Shown here piece after piece: positions 28,568 through 38,898 of a DNA stretch of 64,000 bases. The stretch's first letter is position 1. Each line of letters opens with the position of its first letter. The DNA comes from a virus (taxonomy: Duplodnaviria > Heunggongvirae > Uroviricota > Caudoviricetes): the IMG/VR virus record IMGVR_UViG_3300042445_002023. The stretch is one strand, 5' to 3'. A program made the translations under genes and the position numbers. The notes under the pieces are model-generated. The model was not told the DNA's origin and made no database searches. It saw nothing but the letters and a program-made list of their open reading frames with translations.

Positions 28568-29920
28568 ATGAAAATGGATGATTTAAAAAAAGTAATTGCA
28601 AAATTGATTCGTGAAAATTTTCACCAATCAATATCAGAAGCAACATATGATTTCGGTAAAAAACAATATACCGATAAAAATATGACACCAACCGAAATTT
28701 TGGATTTAGCAATGGCTTATGTTAATGAACCCATAACAAAATTAGTAGGTAAAACATTAGGACATAGAATATATGTAGCAAATGATTTAGCTAAATTAAC
28801 TGGTACTACCCAATCAGATGTAAAGACTAGGGGTAAACAACCTGCACTTGTATTATTTTTATTAAAAAATAGTTTGGTTTCTAAAGAAGAATACGCTAAA
28901 ATATATAAAGATTTATTAGCAAAACAAATTCAAGTTATTAAATATCTTAAAAATGCCTCTCCTGATATGAGAAATAGCAGTAGTGCAATGAGAGCAGCAG
29001 AAAAAGATGGTAGAGGTGAGTTTGGTGAATCAGTAAATGAAATGAGTAGAAACGATGTACATTTTAAAGAAATAATGAAAATGTATGATAGAGGTGGTTC
29101 ATTCACAAAAAAGAAAGTTGCAGTAGTTGTATGTAGAAATTCAAAAGCATCAAGACGTGATATTGAAGAGGAACTATTAGATACAAATTATGAAGATATC
29201 GTACAATATCAAGATGAATTAAATATTAAAGAATCAGTAGAGGGTGATAGAATACAAAAACTTAATGATAGAATTAAAGCATTGAGAGATAAAATGAATT
29301 CAACCAAATCATCAACTCAAAAAAATCTAATCCAACAAAGATTAAAAAACGCTCTACAAACCCTTACTAAAATAAAGAGTGGGTTGGGAATCAAAAAAAT
29401 AAATAACGAATCAGTAAACGAAGCTGCAAGTGTGGAAGCAATGGGAATTGCAGCACTAACAGGTCTTAGAGGAGATGCGGTTCAAAAGTTTATTGATGAT
29501 AATAATATTCATGCTAGAAAATTACTTGCATACCTTAAAATGAAAGGTCCACATACATTAAGTAATAGAATGGATATTTCAACTGCTATTGTAGGTAAAG
29601 CTAACAATAAATTTGCACAAGGTATTATCAAAGCATTTAGTGAATCGGTAAACGAAGCAAAATCTGATTACGAAGTATATCATGATTCATACACTTCAGC
29701 AATTAATGCAGCTAAAGCATATGCGGAGAAAAAAGGATACACTATTAACGATGATGATTCATTTACTAAAATAGGAATGGGTCCGAAGAAACCATCGGAA
29801 GGAAAGACTAATAGATTCAGTATCGAATTAGTTAAAGATAATAGAGTACAAAAGAAAATGCTTCAAATCCAAGTATACGGAATGAAAAATAAATACGAAT
29901 TAAACTGCTATATAGGATAA
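28568..29920 (+). CDS. Multidomain phage protein with repeated ESVNE/ESVE linkers (possible internal head protein)
   Basis: Modules separated by GESVNE, KESVE, NESVNE, SESVNE; basic helical segments. Confidence 0.5.
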   Translation: MKMDDLKKVIAKLIRENFHQSISEATYDFGKKQYTDKNMTPTEILDLAMAYVNEPITKLVGKTLGHRIYVANDLAKLTGTTQSDVKTRGKQPALVLFLLKNSLVSKEEYAKIYKDLLAKQIQVIKYLKNASPDMRNSSSAMRAAEKDGRGEFGESVNEMSRNDVHFKEIMKMYDRGGSFTKKKVAVVVCRNSKASRRDIEEELLDTNYEDIVQYQDELNIKESVEGDRIQKLNDRIKALRDKMNSTKSSTQKNLIQQRLKNALQTLTKIKSGLGIKKINNESVNEAASVEAMGIAALTGLRGDAVQKFIDDNNIHARKLLAYLKMKGPHTLSNRMDISTAIVGKANNKFAQGIIKAFSESVNEAKSDYEVYHDSYTSAINAAKAYAEKKGYTINDDDSFTKIGMGPKKPSEGKTNRFSIELVKDNRVQKKMLQIQVYGMKNKYELNCYIG

Positions 29921-29924
29921 TCAT

Positions 29925-30224
29925 ATGATAAGTTTAAAAAATATAATGACTGGAATGGACTGGAACGGTCGTAAGGTGGAGTTGGGTAAGGTGTATAGTA
30001 ATCCTTACGCAAATGCATTCAAACCTCTTAAAGAGGGTGAGGATTCCGATTACGAAGTATCTATGGCACAAAAACAATTAGATGATATAATCAAGTCTGC
30101 AACAGAATTAAAACAAAAAATGGGTGATTCGGAATTTAATGTAGCCGCATGGATACAAGACCATATTTCAAAATCCCAAAATTACATCAACCAAGCCAAC
30201 TACGGGTTTGACAAGGAACAATAA
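29925..30224 (+). CDS. Phage hypothetical protein
   Basis: YEVSMAQKQL...AAWIQDHISKS motif, recognised from large-phage proteins. Confidence 0.6.
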   Translation: MISLKNIMTGMDWNGRKVELGKVYSNPYANAFKPLKEGEDSDYEVSMAQKQLDDIIKSATELKQKMGDSEFNVAAWIQDHISKSQNYINQANYGFDKEQ

Positions 30225-30245
30225 TAAATTAAAGGTTCAAAAGTA

Positions 30246-30866
30246 ATGTCACACCAAATGGAAATATTTGCTACAATTATAATTGCTTTGATAACAGCAG
30301 TAATCGGTCCAATCGTATTAGAGTGGGTTAAGGTTAAATTATCTAAGAAAGAAAAAGAAGACCCTATTAAAAAAGGATGTCAACAGGGACTTGTCATTGA
30401 AGAAGAAATCGAAAACATCAGAGAAGAACTTAATGGAGATAGAGTTTGGATATCAATGTTTCACAATGGAGGACATTTTCTACATACCAATAAATCTATT
30501 CAGAAATTTTCAGTAGTATACGAAGTAGAAAAAGCAGGAGTTGCCAAAATAGCACATACATTTACAAATATACCTCTTTCTCTATTTGCAAAATCAATCG
30601 ATGAAATGCTTAAAACTGGTTATATTTTTATTCCTAATTTTGAGGACCCAACCATAGCAACATTCGGATTAAAACCAGGTGCAGAAGCAGCAGGTACAAA
30701 GGCATCATATTGTATAGCACTTTTTGATATAAAAACTGAATCATGTATTGGTACAGTTGGAATTGATTATACCAAACCTAAAAAACTTACAAACGAAGAG
30801 AAGGGGTTCTTTATGGAAAGAGCTAATCGTTTATCTGGGTACTTATCTAATTTCTTAAATAGTTAA
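30246..30866 (+). CDS. N-terminal TM plus GAF-like domain protein (T4 T-holin-like architecture)
   Basis: TM IIIALITAVIGPIVLEWV; DRVWISMFHNG...FSVVYEV...IGTVGIDY. Confidence 0.5.
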   Translation: MSHQMEIFATIIIALITAVIGPIVLEWVKVKLSKKEKEDPIKKGCQQGLVIEEEIENIREELNGDRVWISMFHNGGHFLHTNKSIQKFSVVYEVEKAGVAKIAHTFTNIPLSLFAKSIDEMLKTGYIFIPNFEDPTIATFGLKPGAEAAGTKASYCIALFDIKTESCIGTVGIDYTKPKKLTNEEKGFFMERANRLSGYLSNFLNS

Positions 30867-30870
30867 TCAT

Positions 30871-31863
30871 ATGGATGATAAGGTTATAATAATTAATAAT
30901 ACATTTAATTTAGATACCCATCCATTATTTGAAAATCAACCAATCGATGTAATTGAATCAATTTTAATGAATTCATCATTAATAGTATTTGATTATCAAG
31001 AAGATTTACCACAACGTTTATGGGATATTATTTTATTTTGTGCTAAAAACAGTCTAAAAACATATATCAATGGATTTACACAGCCATTAAAAATGTATTT
31101 TGATAAAACATATCCAAATAATAAAATATATTTTCCATCTATTGAAGCATCAAATTGGTATCATATGCATATCAATTCATTTACATTATTTGAAAAATCG
31201 GTTATAAATGAAAGAAAATACTTATTAAAATACTTTTCTGCATGTAGAAAGCCGTGGCGAGATTATGTTATACTATTCTTGCGTGATAATGGTTTAATTA
31301 ATGAAAAAAATTTAATATGTTTTAGAAATAGAGGTAAAGACCATTTTAATTATTTACTATATAAAGACTATAATAGTGAAATAGAATACCCAAATTTAGA
31401 TTATTTTTGGTTAGATAATCTTAATTTATGTCATCCAAGTCAAGAAAATATTATCCCGTGGGAAGACCAAAATGCACAAGATGTAGGATTATTTGAAGCA
31501 CATTTTAATTCTTATTTTGATATAATATCAGAAGCAGTTGTTCCATATAAAACCCATCCAAATGAAATAGGTGAAAATATATCATCGGTCTCTAAAAGAA
31601 CAATTTTTCCATTATTATGTAGAAACGTGTTTCATATATACCCTGAGAATAAACCACTTGAAAATTATTTAAAAGAATTAGGTATAGAGTTTTTCTTCGA
31701 ATCGGATAATGAATTTTGTGATAATATTACATCTGAATTTTATATGTTACCAACAACTCAAGAAAAATTAAATAATAATTTTGATATTGCTATGACAATA
31801 ATAAGTCATCATTTAAGTATGCACCTTAATAGACATCATAATTCACATACCCCAACTAATTAA
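30871..31863 (+). CDS. Hypothetical glycan-related protein (GT-B/GT10-like C-terminus)
   Basis: RKPWRD; YFDIISE...SKRTIFPL. Similar in pattern to the ORFs at 37148 and 41955. Confidence 0.4.
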   Translation: MDDKVIIINNTFNLDTHPLFENQPIDVIESILMNSSLIVFDYQEDLPQRLWDIILFCAKNSLKTYINGFTQPLKMYFDKTYPNNKIYFPSIEASNWYHMHINSFTLFEKSVINERKYLLKYFSACRKPWRDYVILFLRDNGLINEKNLICFRNRGKDHFNYLLYKDYNSEIEYPNLDYFWLDNLNLCHPSQENIIPWEDQNAQDVGLFEAHFNSYFDIISEAVVPYKTHPNEIGENISSVSKRTIFPLLCRNVFHIYPENKPLENYLKELGIEFFFESDNEFCDNITSEFYMLPTTQEKLNNNFDIAMTIISHHLSMHLNRHHNSHTPTN

Positions 31864-31879
31864 AAAATTATTAAATAAA

Positions 31880-31911
31880 TTTGGAAATATAAGCTTTTTT
31901 TCGTATCTTTA
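31880..31911 (+). promoter_or_regulatory. Bacteroidota-type -33/-7 promoter
   Basis: TTTG (31880) N20 TATCTTTA (31904). Confidence 0.55.
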
Positions 31912-31946
31912 CTCATTAAAAAGGTTAGTAATATTTATATACATCT

Positions 31947-32474
31947 ATGATTTCAAGAAATTTATTTACTGAAAGTAAAAACCTACGAATATTTGATTTT
32001 GATGATACCCTTGTCAAAACAAACTCTTATATCTACGTCACCCATGCAAATGGAATGAAAAGTAAATTAACTCCTGGTCAATATGCGGTGTATACTGAAA
32101 AACCTGGTGATGTTTACGATTTTAAAGATTTTGAACAGGTAAAAGAACCACAAGAGATACAAAAGATAACTAAAATTCTTAGAGGTATCGTTCAAAAAAG
32201 TAAAGAGGTAGTGTATATCCTAACAGCACGAGCAGCTTATCAACCAATCAAAAAATATTTAAACGATATTGGTATAAATTCTAAAAAGATTTATGTAGTT
32301 GCACTTGCATCTAATAATCCAAAAGATAAAGCAGATTGGATTGAAAATATGATTGATAAGGAGGGGTATGATGATATTTATTTTGTGGATGATTCAGAGA
32401 AAAATGTATCAGCAGCAAAACAAATGTTGAAAACAAAGAACGTAAAGTGGAGAGTTCAGCATATAAAACATTAA
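31947..32474 (+). CDS. HAD-superfamily hydrolase
   Basis: IFDFDDTLVKT, YILTAR, YFVDDSEKN. Confidence 0.85.
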   Translation: MISRNLFTESKNLRIFDFDDTLVKTNSYIYVTHANGMKSKLTPGQYAVYTEKPGDVYDFKDFEQVKEPQEIQKITKILRGIVQKSKEVVYILTARAAYQPIKKYLNDIGINSKKIYVVALASNNPKDKADWIENMIDKEGYDDIYFVDDSEKNVSAAKQMLKTKNVKWRVQHIKH

Positions 32475-32536
32475 AAGTTTATATTTATATCAAATAGTTA
32501 TATTGACTATTATAAAACTAAAAAAGGAAAACACAA

Positions 32537-32725
32537 ATGGCAACAAATTACAAAATTACATTATCAGGAAGTACTGAATCAGTTGAAGGTACTCAAACAT
32601 TTACAACATTAGAAGAATGCCAAGCATGGTTAGATGTTCATCAAGTTTATTATGCAGATGATGATGCAGACAAACCAGCTACCGATTCTTGTAAATATAT
32701 ATTATTCACTACTGAATCTGAATAA
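32537..32725 (+). CDS. Hypothetical protein
   Basis: 62 aa ORF with AAGGA upstream. Confidence 0.55.
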   Translation: MATNYKITLSGSTESVEGTQTFTTLEECQAWLDVHQVYYADDDADKPATDSCKYILFTTESE

Positions 32726-32728
32726 TAA

Positions 32729-33244
32729 ATGCCAGCAGTATCAAAAGCACAACAACGATTTATGGGAATGGTTCATGCCGCTCAAAAAGGTGGTGAACCT
32801 GCAAGTCCAGAAGTTGCAAAGGTGGCAAAAGATATGACTGATAAAGATGCTAAGGATTTTGCATCAACCACACATAAAGGGTTACCTAATCATATTAAAA
32901 AAGAAATTCTTAATAGATTAAAAACCGAATATGGTTTAATGTTACCAAACCATCATGTACAACCTGCAGCTGTTGCTATGGGATTAGATGATGAAGATGA
33001 ACAATATGGAGAAAATCGAATTATGAAGTTGAAAAAAATTATGGAAGGTGCTGATGAAATAAACACAGCAGTAATTCCGGCGGCAATCAAAATAAAATTT
33101 GAAAAAGCATTAGAACTAATGAATGGTAAAGAATTATCATACAACCAAAAAATTAAATTATTAGCAAAAATAATTGATGGATTGGGTATTGATAAAATGG
33201 AGTTAGGTAGAATTAGTAGTAAATTAAAATCAAATTTAGATTAG
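32729..33244 (+). CDS. DUF3008-like phage protein
   Basis: MPAVSKAQQRFMG...DAKDFASTTHKGLP. Confidence 0.7.
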   Translation: MPAVSKAQQRFMGMVHAAQKGGEPASPEVAKVAKDMTDKDAKDFASTTHKGLPNHIKKEILNRLKTEYGLMLPNHHVQPAAVAMGLDDEDEQYGENRIMKLKKIMEGADEINTAVIPAAIKIKFEKALELMNGKELSYNQKIKLLAKIIDGLGIDKMELGRISSKLKSNLD

Positions 33245-33258
33245 AATAGGAGATTTAT

Positions 33259-34095
33259 ATGTTATTAAAAAAGGGTGATAATAACGAAAGTGTAAAGTTA
33301 ATGCAAGAAAAGTTGGGGATATCCCCAGCAGTTACTAATTTCGGTCCTAAAACCGAAGAGGCAGTAAAAGCATTTCAATTAAAAAATGGATTAACACCCG
33401 ATGGTATAGTTGGTGATAAAACATGGGGAATGATTATGGGTGAAAGTGTTGAAGTAACACCACAGCCGGTAGTATCAACTCCATCCGTAAGTGGATTGAA
33501 ATTAGATAAACTTAAAGGACATGTTCCTCAAGTTGTAATCGATTCAATCCCCGAAGTTGCAACTAAATTTGGAATCAATACTCCATTAAGAGTTGCACAC
33601 TTTCTTGCACAATGTGGACATGAGAGTGGTGGATTCCGTTTAACAAAAGAAAACCTAAACTATTCTGCAAAGGGATTGATGGGTATATTTAAAAAGTATT
33701 TCCCAACTGAAGCCCTGGCTAAAGCATACGAAAGACAACCTGCAAAGATTGCAAACAAAGTTTACTCAAATAGAATGGGTAATGGAACTGAAGCAAGTGG
33801 TGATGGTGCAAAGTTTTGTGGTAGAGGATATATTCAATTAACAGGAAAAGAAAACTATACCGCATTTGGTAAATCAATCGGAGTAGATGTATGTGCTAAT
33901 CCAGAGTTAGTAGCATCACAATATGCACTTGCATCAGCAGCATGGTTCTTTTCTAAAAATGGATTACATAAGATAGCAGATGAAGGAGCAAGTGATGCAG
34001 TAGTAACAAAAATTACTAAAAGAGTAAATGGTGGAACGATTGGATTACCGGATAGAATAAAACACTTTAAAGAATATTATTCTTTATTGGCATAA
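33259..34095 (+). CDS. Endolysin: peptidoglycan-binding domain plus GH19 lysozyme/chitinase-like domain
   Basis: FQLKNGLTPDGIVGDKTW; AHFLAQCGHESGG...ENLNYS; GRGYIQLTGKENY; VNGG..GL.DR. Confidence 0.92.
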   Translation: MLLKKGDNNESVKLMQEKLGISPAVTNFGPKTEEAVKAFQLKNGLTPDGIVGDKTWGMIMGESVEVTPQPVVSTPSVSGLKLDKLKGHVPQVVIDSIPEVATKFGINTPLRVAHFLAQCGHESGGFRLTKENLNYSAKGLMGIFKKYFPTEALAKAYERQPAKIANKVYSNRMGNGTEASGDGAKFCGRGYIQLTGKENYTAFGKSIGVDVCANPELVASQYALASAAWFFSKNGLHKIADEGASDAVVTKITKRVNGGTIGLPDRIKHFKEYYSLLA

Positions 34096-34111
34096 AAAAA
34101 AGAAATAAGTT

Positions 34112-34582
34112 ATGATATATTGGTTTACTGGTCAGCCTTGTGCTGGTAAGACTGTATTAGGAAGTAAGTTACATAAGTTTTTACAAACTGAAAAACGTAA
34201 TTGGAGAAAATCAGTTTTTCATGTTGATGGAGACCATTTACGAGATATCTATCAGAATAAAGATTATTCAGAACAAGGTAGACGTACTAACATTAAAAAT
34301 GCACAAGCATTAGTAGAATACTTACATACATGCGAATGTGATGTAGTAGTATCATTAGTAGCCCCATATTTAGATTTAAGAGAAGAATTCAAAGATAAAA
34401 TCGGTAACGATATTGTTGAAATATTTGTACATACTACCGAAGCAAGAGAAAGAGACCATTTTCACGTTTCTAACTACGAACAACCGCAAGTGAACTTTAT
34501 TGATATTAATACTACAAAGGATTCACCGGATACCTCATTTTCAAAATTAATAAATAATCTTAATAAAATCAACAAGTTATAA
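34112..34582 (+). CDS. cysC: Adenylyl-sulfate (APS) kinase
   Basis: WFTGQPCAGKT P-loop, DGDHLR, DYSEQGRRTN, VSLVAPY, YEQP. Confidence 0.8.
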   Translation: MIYWFTGQPCAGKTVLGSKLHKFLQTEKRNWRKSVFHVDGDHLRDIYQNKDYSEQGRRTNIKNAQALVEYLHTCECDVVVSLVAPYLDLREEFKDKIGNDIVEIFVHTTEARERDHFHVSNYEQPQVNFIDINTTKDSPDTSFSKLINNLNKINKL

Positions 34583-34980
34583 TGAAAAAGTATTTAGCAC
34601 AGGCTGCTTTTAAATCATCATCAAATGATGTAAAGTATTCAATGTATATTGGAAGATGGCAACCCTGGCATGAAGGTCATCGTTGGTTAATCGACCAACG
34701 ATTGAATGAGGGTAAAAAAGTTCTTATTTGTATTAGAGATGTAGAAGCAGATGAGAAAAACCCGTGGACTCCATTAGAAGTATTACAAAATCTTACACAT
34801 GAATTGTTGGATATCATCCAAGAAGGTAAAGTTAAAATTATTATCATACCCGATATTGAATCAATTAATATTGGCAGGGGTGTAGGATATGATGTGATAG
34901 AACATTGTCCTCCAGATGAGATAAAGGAAATATCTGCAACTGCTATCAGAGAACAACTGAAAACAGATGGTAAGTTATGA
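34582..34980 (+). CDS. HIGH-motif nucleotidyltransferase (cytidylyltransferase-like)
   Basis: IGRWQPWHEGH, GRGVGY, ISATAIR. Confidence 0.8.
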   Translation: MKKYLAQAAFKSSSNDVKYSMYIGRWQPWHEGHRWLIDQRLNEGKKVLICIRDVEADEKNPWTPLEVLQNLTHELLDIIQEGKVKIIIIPDIESINIGRGVGYDVIEHCPPDEIKEISATAIREQLKTDGKL

Positions 34981-35192
34981 CCGTAGATAAAAGGAGACAC
35001 ATTGCTAAAACCATCTCATATCGAATTTTAAGTACCTTAATCGGATTCTTATTGATGTGGTGGATAAGTGGTTCAATTAAAGTTGGAACTGCATTTGGAG
35101 TGGCAGAATTAGTTTATAAACCTATTCAGTATTACTTACACGAAAGAATATGGTATCGTTGGATTAAATACGGACTAAAAAAAAATAAATAA
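34977..35192 (+). CDS. DUF2061-like membrane protein
   Basis: RHIAKTISYR...YYLHERIW. Confidence 0.8.
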   Translation: MTVDKRRHIAKTISYRILSTLIGFLLMWWISGSIKVGTAFGVAELVYKPIQYYLHERIWYRWIKYGLKKNK

Positions 35193-35194
35193 CA

Positions 35195-36115
35195 ATGTTA
35201 AAAAACGTATATTGTTTTGGTACTTCATATACTGAAGGGGGTGGATTTGAATTTTCCGAAAAGGATTTAAAATTATCAAGATTATATGACCATTTGGGAA
35301 TTGAGTTAAATCAATTCAATTTCTCCTGGCCAGGTCAACTTCAATCATTATTAGGAAATGATATAAAAATACATAATTTAGCTAAATCTGGCTATGGTAA
35401 TGAACGAACTCATAGAGTTTTTTTTGATTTAATAGAACAAAAAGATAATATTTCTAAAGATAGTATTTTTTTATTTGAAATAGCTTCGTTGGGTAGGAAA
35501 GAATATTATTTAAATGATTTAAATGAGTATATAATATGTAATTATAGTATTAAGGATGGTAATGATACAGGTGTCATGCATGGAATTGCAAGTACTTATT
35601 TTTATGATACACCGGAAATAACTAAAACAATAATTGATAATGAAGAATTATTTAATCAAATTATAAAAAAAACCATAAATTTTAATATAGAACATAAATT
35701 ATATGAAAGGAATTTTATATTACTTTTATCATTTTTAGAATTACATAATTTTAAATATTTTATTTTAGGTAATATAAATTTTAATCCAAAATACAATAGA
35801 TATACTCCAGATTATATTAGTAAAACTATATGGTTTCCATCTAAAACTAATAAAACTAAAAAAGGTGATTTCGTACAATTTTTTAATGAATATAATTTAA
35901 CCCTAACTGAAGAAACTAAAGGTGTAATAAAAGATGGCCATTCTGGATATGTAGGAAACAAACTCACAGCTGAAATTATATATAATCATTTAATAGATGT
36001 AAATGTTATTGACTCAAATAAAGTAGAACTAACTGATTATACTAAAGATTATATATTTGAACCATCAGGTAAAACTCCAATGGATAACTTTCTTGAACCT
36101 ATAAATAAAAACTAA
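35195..36115 (+). CDS. SGNH/GDSL-like hydrolase or acyltransferase
   Basis: FGTSY block I, NLAKSGYGNE, C-terminal DGH. Confidence 0.65.
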   Translation: MLKNVYCFGTSYTEGGGFEFSEKDLKLSRLYDHLGIELNQFNFSWPGQLQSLLGNDIKIHNLAKSGYGNERTHRVFFDLIEQKDNISKDSIFLFEIASLGRKEYYLNDLNEYIICNYSIKDGNDTGVMHGIASTYFYDTPEITKTIIDNEELFNQIIKKTINFNIEHKLYERNFILLLSFLELHNFKYFILGNINFNPKYNRYTPDYISKTIWFPSKTNKTKKGDFVQFFNEYNLTLTEETKGVIKDGHSGYVGNKLTAEIIYNHLIDVNVIDSNKVELTDYTKDYIFEPSGKTPMDNFLEPINKN

Positions 36116-36119
36116 ATAT

Positions 36120-37148
36120 ATGATAATACCTAATGTAAAAAGTGAATACGGCAAATTAAAAGAAATAATAGTTGGAGTTGCTAAAAATGCACAAATACCA
36201 ACAGTTAAAGATAAATCCTTACATTGTATAGATTACGCACATTTATCAGATGCCGAATTTGAAAAAATTCCAACAGGTAATTATCCACAACAATTAATAG
36301 ATGAAACCGAAGAAGATTTAAATAATCTAGCAGATACTCTTAAAGATATGGGTGTTGTAGTACATAGACCAGTTGATAGAGATTTTTCTGAAAAGAAAGG
36401 TAATGATTTATGGCAAGTAGATGGGTACTATAATTATTGTCCTAGAGATTCGATGTTAGTGATTGAAGATAAAGTATTAGCAACACCTATGACATTACGT
36501 CAAAGACAATTTGAAGCAGAAACATGTAAACCATTAATACATCCAGACCATTGGATTGATTTACCTAAACCAAAATTAGGGGATGAAATGTATAATCGAA
36601 ATGATTTGAGTAGACCAACGTTAATGGACGGACCAGAACCAATATTCGATGCAGCTAACATAATTAAAAGTGGATATGATATCCTATATTTAGTTAGTAA
36701 TACAGGTAACAAAGCCGGTGCAACATTTTTAGGTGATTATTTAAGACAAAACTTTGACCCAAAATATAAAGTTCACACTGCAGAAAATGTTTATGCATAT
36801 ATTCACATAGATACTACATTTGTATTTCTAAGAGAAGGATTGGTATTATTAAATCCATCGCGAGTTAATGATAAAAATATGCCTAATTTTTTAAGAGATT
36901 GGGATAAAGTTTGGGCGCCAGAACCATACCCAACTCAAGTATTAGAAGATTGGTGTCCGGCATCACCTTGGCTTGGTATGAATATACTTTCCATTGATGA
37001 AAAGACTGTGATGGTTGAAGAACATCAAACACTCCTTATGAAAACATTAAAGAAGTATGGAATTGATTCTATACCTATAAAGATGAGACATAGTAGGACA
37101 TTTAGTGGAGGACCGCATTGTGTTACACTTGATTTAATTCGTGAGTAA
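36120..37148 (+). CDS. Amidinotransferase (glycine/inosamine-phosphate amidinotransferase family)
   Basis: EYGKLKEIIVG, CPRD, FDAAN, HIDT, GGPHCVTLD with the catalytic Cys. Confidence 0.88.
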   Translation: MIIPNVKSEYGKLKEIIVGVAKNAQIPTVKDKSLHCIDYAHLSDAEFEKIPTGNYPQQLIDETEEDLNNLADTLKDMGVVVHRPVDRDFSEKKGNDLWQVDGYYNYCPRDSMLVIEDKVLATPMTLRQRQFEAETCKPLIHPDHWIDLPKPKLGDEMYNRNDLSRPTLMDGPEPIFDAANIIKSGYDILYLVSNTGNKAGATFLGDYLRQNFDPKYKVHTAENVYAYIHIDTTFVFLREGLVLLNPSRVNDKNMPNFLRDWDKVWAPEPYPTQVLEDWCPASPWLGMNILSIDEKTVMVEEHQTLLMKTLKKYGIDSIPIKMRHSRTFSGGPHCVTLDLIRE

Positions 37149-38296
37149 TGAAATCCATTTTAGAATATACATCGAGGGCAACTAGATTAATAGATTTTTT
37201 TTATAATTCTTTTATCACAAGAATCAATAATGTGATAAAAGATGAAAAGTTCGATATTATTTTTATTGGTTCTAACGATTTAAATAATTGTGATTCTATA
37301 TTAGAATATGCAAATTTAGATACTACTTATTACATTGATTCTGTAACTGAATCTTCGGGATTTTATGGTGTCTATGAAAACGTATTACAATTTAAAAAAA
37401 AATACAAAATAGCATCTGATAAAATCGTAATGATTTGTGATGTTATAAGTGATAATGATTTTGATAAGTTAACGGAGTTTAAGATATTCAATTCAAAATA
37501 CTTTCCATTCTACGCGTATCTAACATTTACTCATGATTCCTTTTCAGTATTCAATGGGCATCAATTACAAGTATTAGAAAATCTATCATTTACTATTGAT
37601 AGAAAAAAATTATTTACTTCAAGAAATGGTAGACATAATGAATTTCGTGCATATACCTTGTACAAACTATTCAAAGATAATTTAATAAATGATGGTTTAG
37701 TTTCTGCATTTTTTTATGGTAGTAATAATACGATTCATAACGAACATAAAGATATTACATACTTTCACCAATATATCGATAAACCTTATTGGGATACTAA
37801 TGTAGCATCAAAGTTACCAATTAAAATAGATAATTTCTTTTTAGGTTGGGATGAAAACCAAAACGCTAACATATCAGGTGATTTACATCATAATGACATT
37901 TTTAAAGATGCGTATGTAGATTTAGTAACTGAAAATATACATTATAGTCCAACCATATTTGAATATAATACTCTTACTGAAAAATCATTAAAACCATTTT
38001 TATTTTATCAACTACCACTATTCGTTACATATCCATATAATTTAAAATGTTTAAGAGATATGGGATTTGATTTGTTTGATGATATACTTGATAACTCGTA
38101 TGATTTAGAATTAGACCCTAAAGTTAGAATCGATAAAATAATTACCAATTTGATTAATTTAAAATCAGTTGATTTAAATGATTATTTTAAAAATAATAAA
38201 ATTAGATTTATAAACAATAGGAATTTAATATTAAAGTTAGCTTTTTCAAATGGTCTTAATGACACATTCAAATTAATTAATTTTCTTAATATTTAA
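37148..38296 (+). CDS. Hypothetical glycan-related protein (GT-B/GT10-like C-terminus)
   Basis: LVTEN...LTEKSLKPF...GFDLFDDILDNSYD. Confidence 0.5.
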   Translation: MKSILEYTSRATRLIDFFYNSFITRINNVIKDEKFDIIFIGSNDLNNCDSILEYANLDTTYYIDSVTESSGFYGVYENVLQFKKKYKIASDKIVMICDVISDNDFDKLTEFKIFNSKYFPFYAYLTFTHDSFSVFNGHQLQVLENLSFTIDRKKLFTSRNGRHNEFRAYTLYKLFKDNLINDGLVSAFFYGSNNTIHNEHKDITYFHQYIDKPYWDTNVASKLPIKIDNFFLGWDENQNANISGDLHHNDIFKDAYVDLVTENIHYSPTIFEYNTLTEKSLKPFLFYQLPLFVTYPYNLKCLRDMGFDLFDDILDNSYDLELDPKVRIDKIITNLINLKSVDLNDYFKNNKIRFINNRNLILKLAFSNGLNDTFKLINFLNI

Positions 38297-38328
38297 ATAT
38301 AGTATACTTATATAAAATGTAGATTACT

Positions 38329-38898
38329 ATGGAAAATATGAATAATGAGGAAAAAGTATTTCCTAACTTTGACCCAACTAAGAATCTTTCTTTGGCTGGT
38401 AATAGTAGGAGGATGAAAAGAGGATTAGGTGCTAAACCTATAATGGAATCCGAAATCAAAGATGCACAATCAAAGGCTCGTTCCGCAATGGAAGCCGCAA
38501 GAGTGTTAGGTATATCATACAACACCTATAAAAAATACGCAAGACAATATGGTATTTTTGAAAATTTAAAGAATCCGGATGGTAAAGGAATTCGTAAAGG
38601 ATTTAATATCAAAAGAGGTAAATTTTCATTAGATGATATTGTTGCAGGCAAATACCCAGATTATCCAATTTGGAAATTAAAACAAAGATTACTACTAAAT
38701 GGTTATATGTTAGAAAAGTGTAATAGTTGTGGGTTTGAGGAAAAAAGAATTACTGATGGTAAAGTTCCGTTAGTGTTAGATTTTGCTGATGGTAATAGAT
38801 GTAATCACAAATATGATAATTTAAGAATGTTATGTTTTAATTGTTCATTTCTATTAAACGGAAATTTAACAGGCCCCAAAAAAGAATACGAATATTAA
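38329..38898 (+). CDS. HTH plus degenerate HNH/Zn-finger protein
   Basis: AMEAARVLGISYNTYKKYA; CNSCG...LVLDFADGNRCN...NLRMLCFNC. Confidence 0.65.
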   Translation: MENMNNEEKVFPNFDPTKNLSLAGNSRRMKRGLGAKPIMESEIKDAQSKARSAMEAARVLGISYNTYKKYARQYGIFENLKNPDGKGIRKGFNIKRGKFSLDDIVAGKYPDYPIWKLKQRLLLNGYMLEKCNSCGFEEKRITDGKVPLVLDFADGNRCNHKYDNLRMLCFNCSFLLNGNLTGPKKEYEY

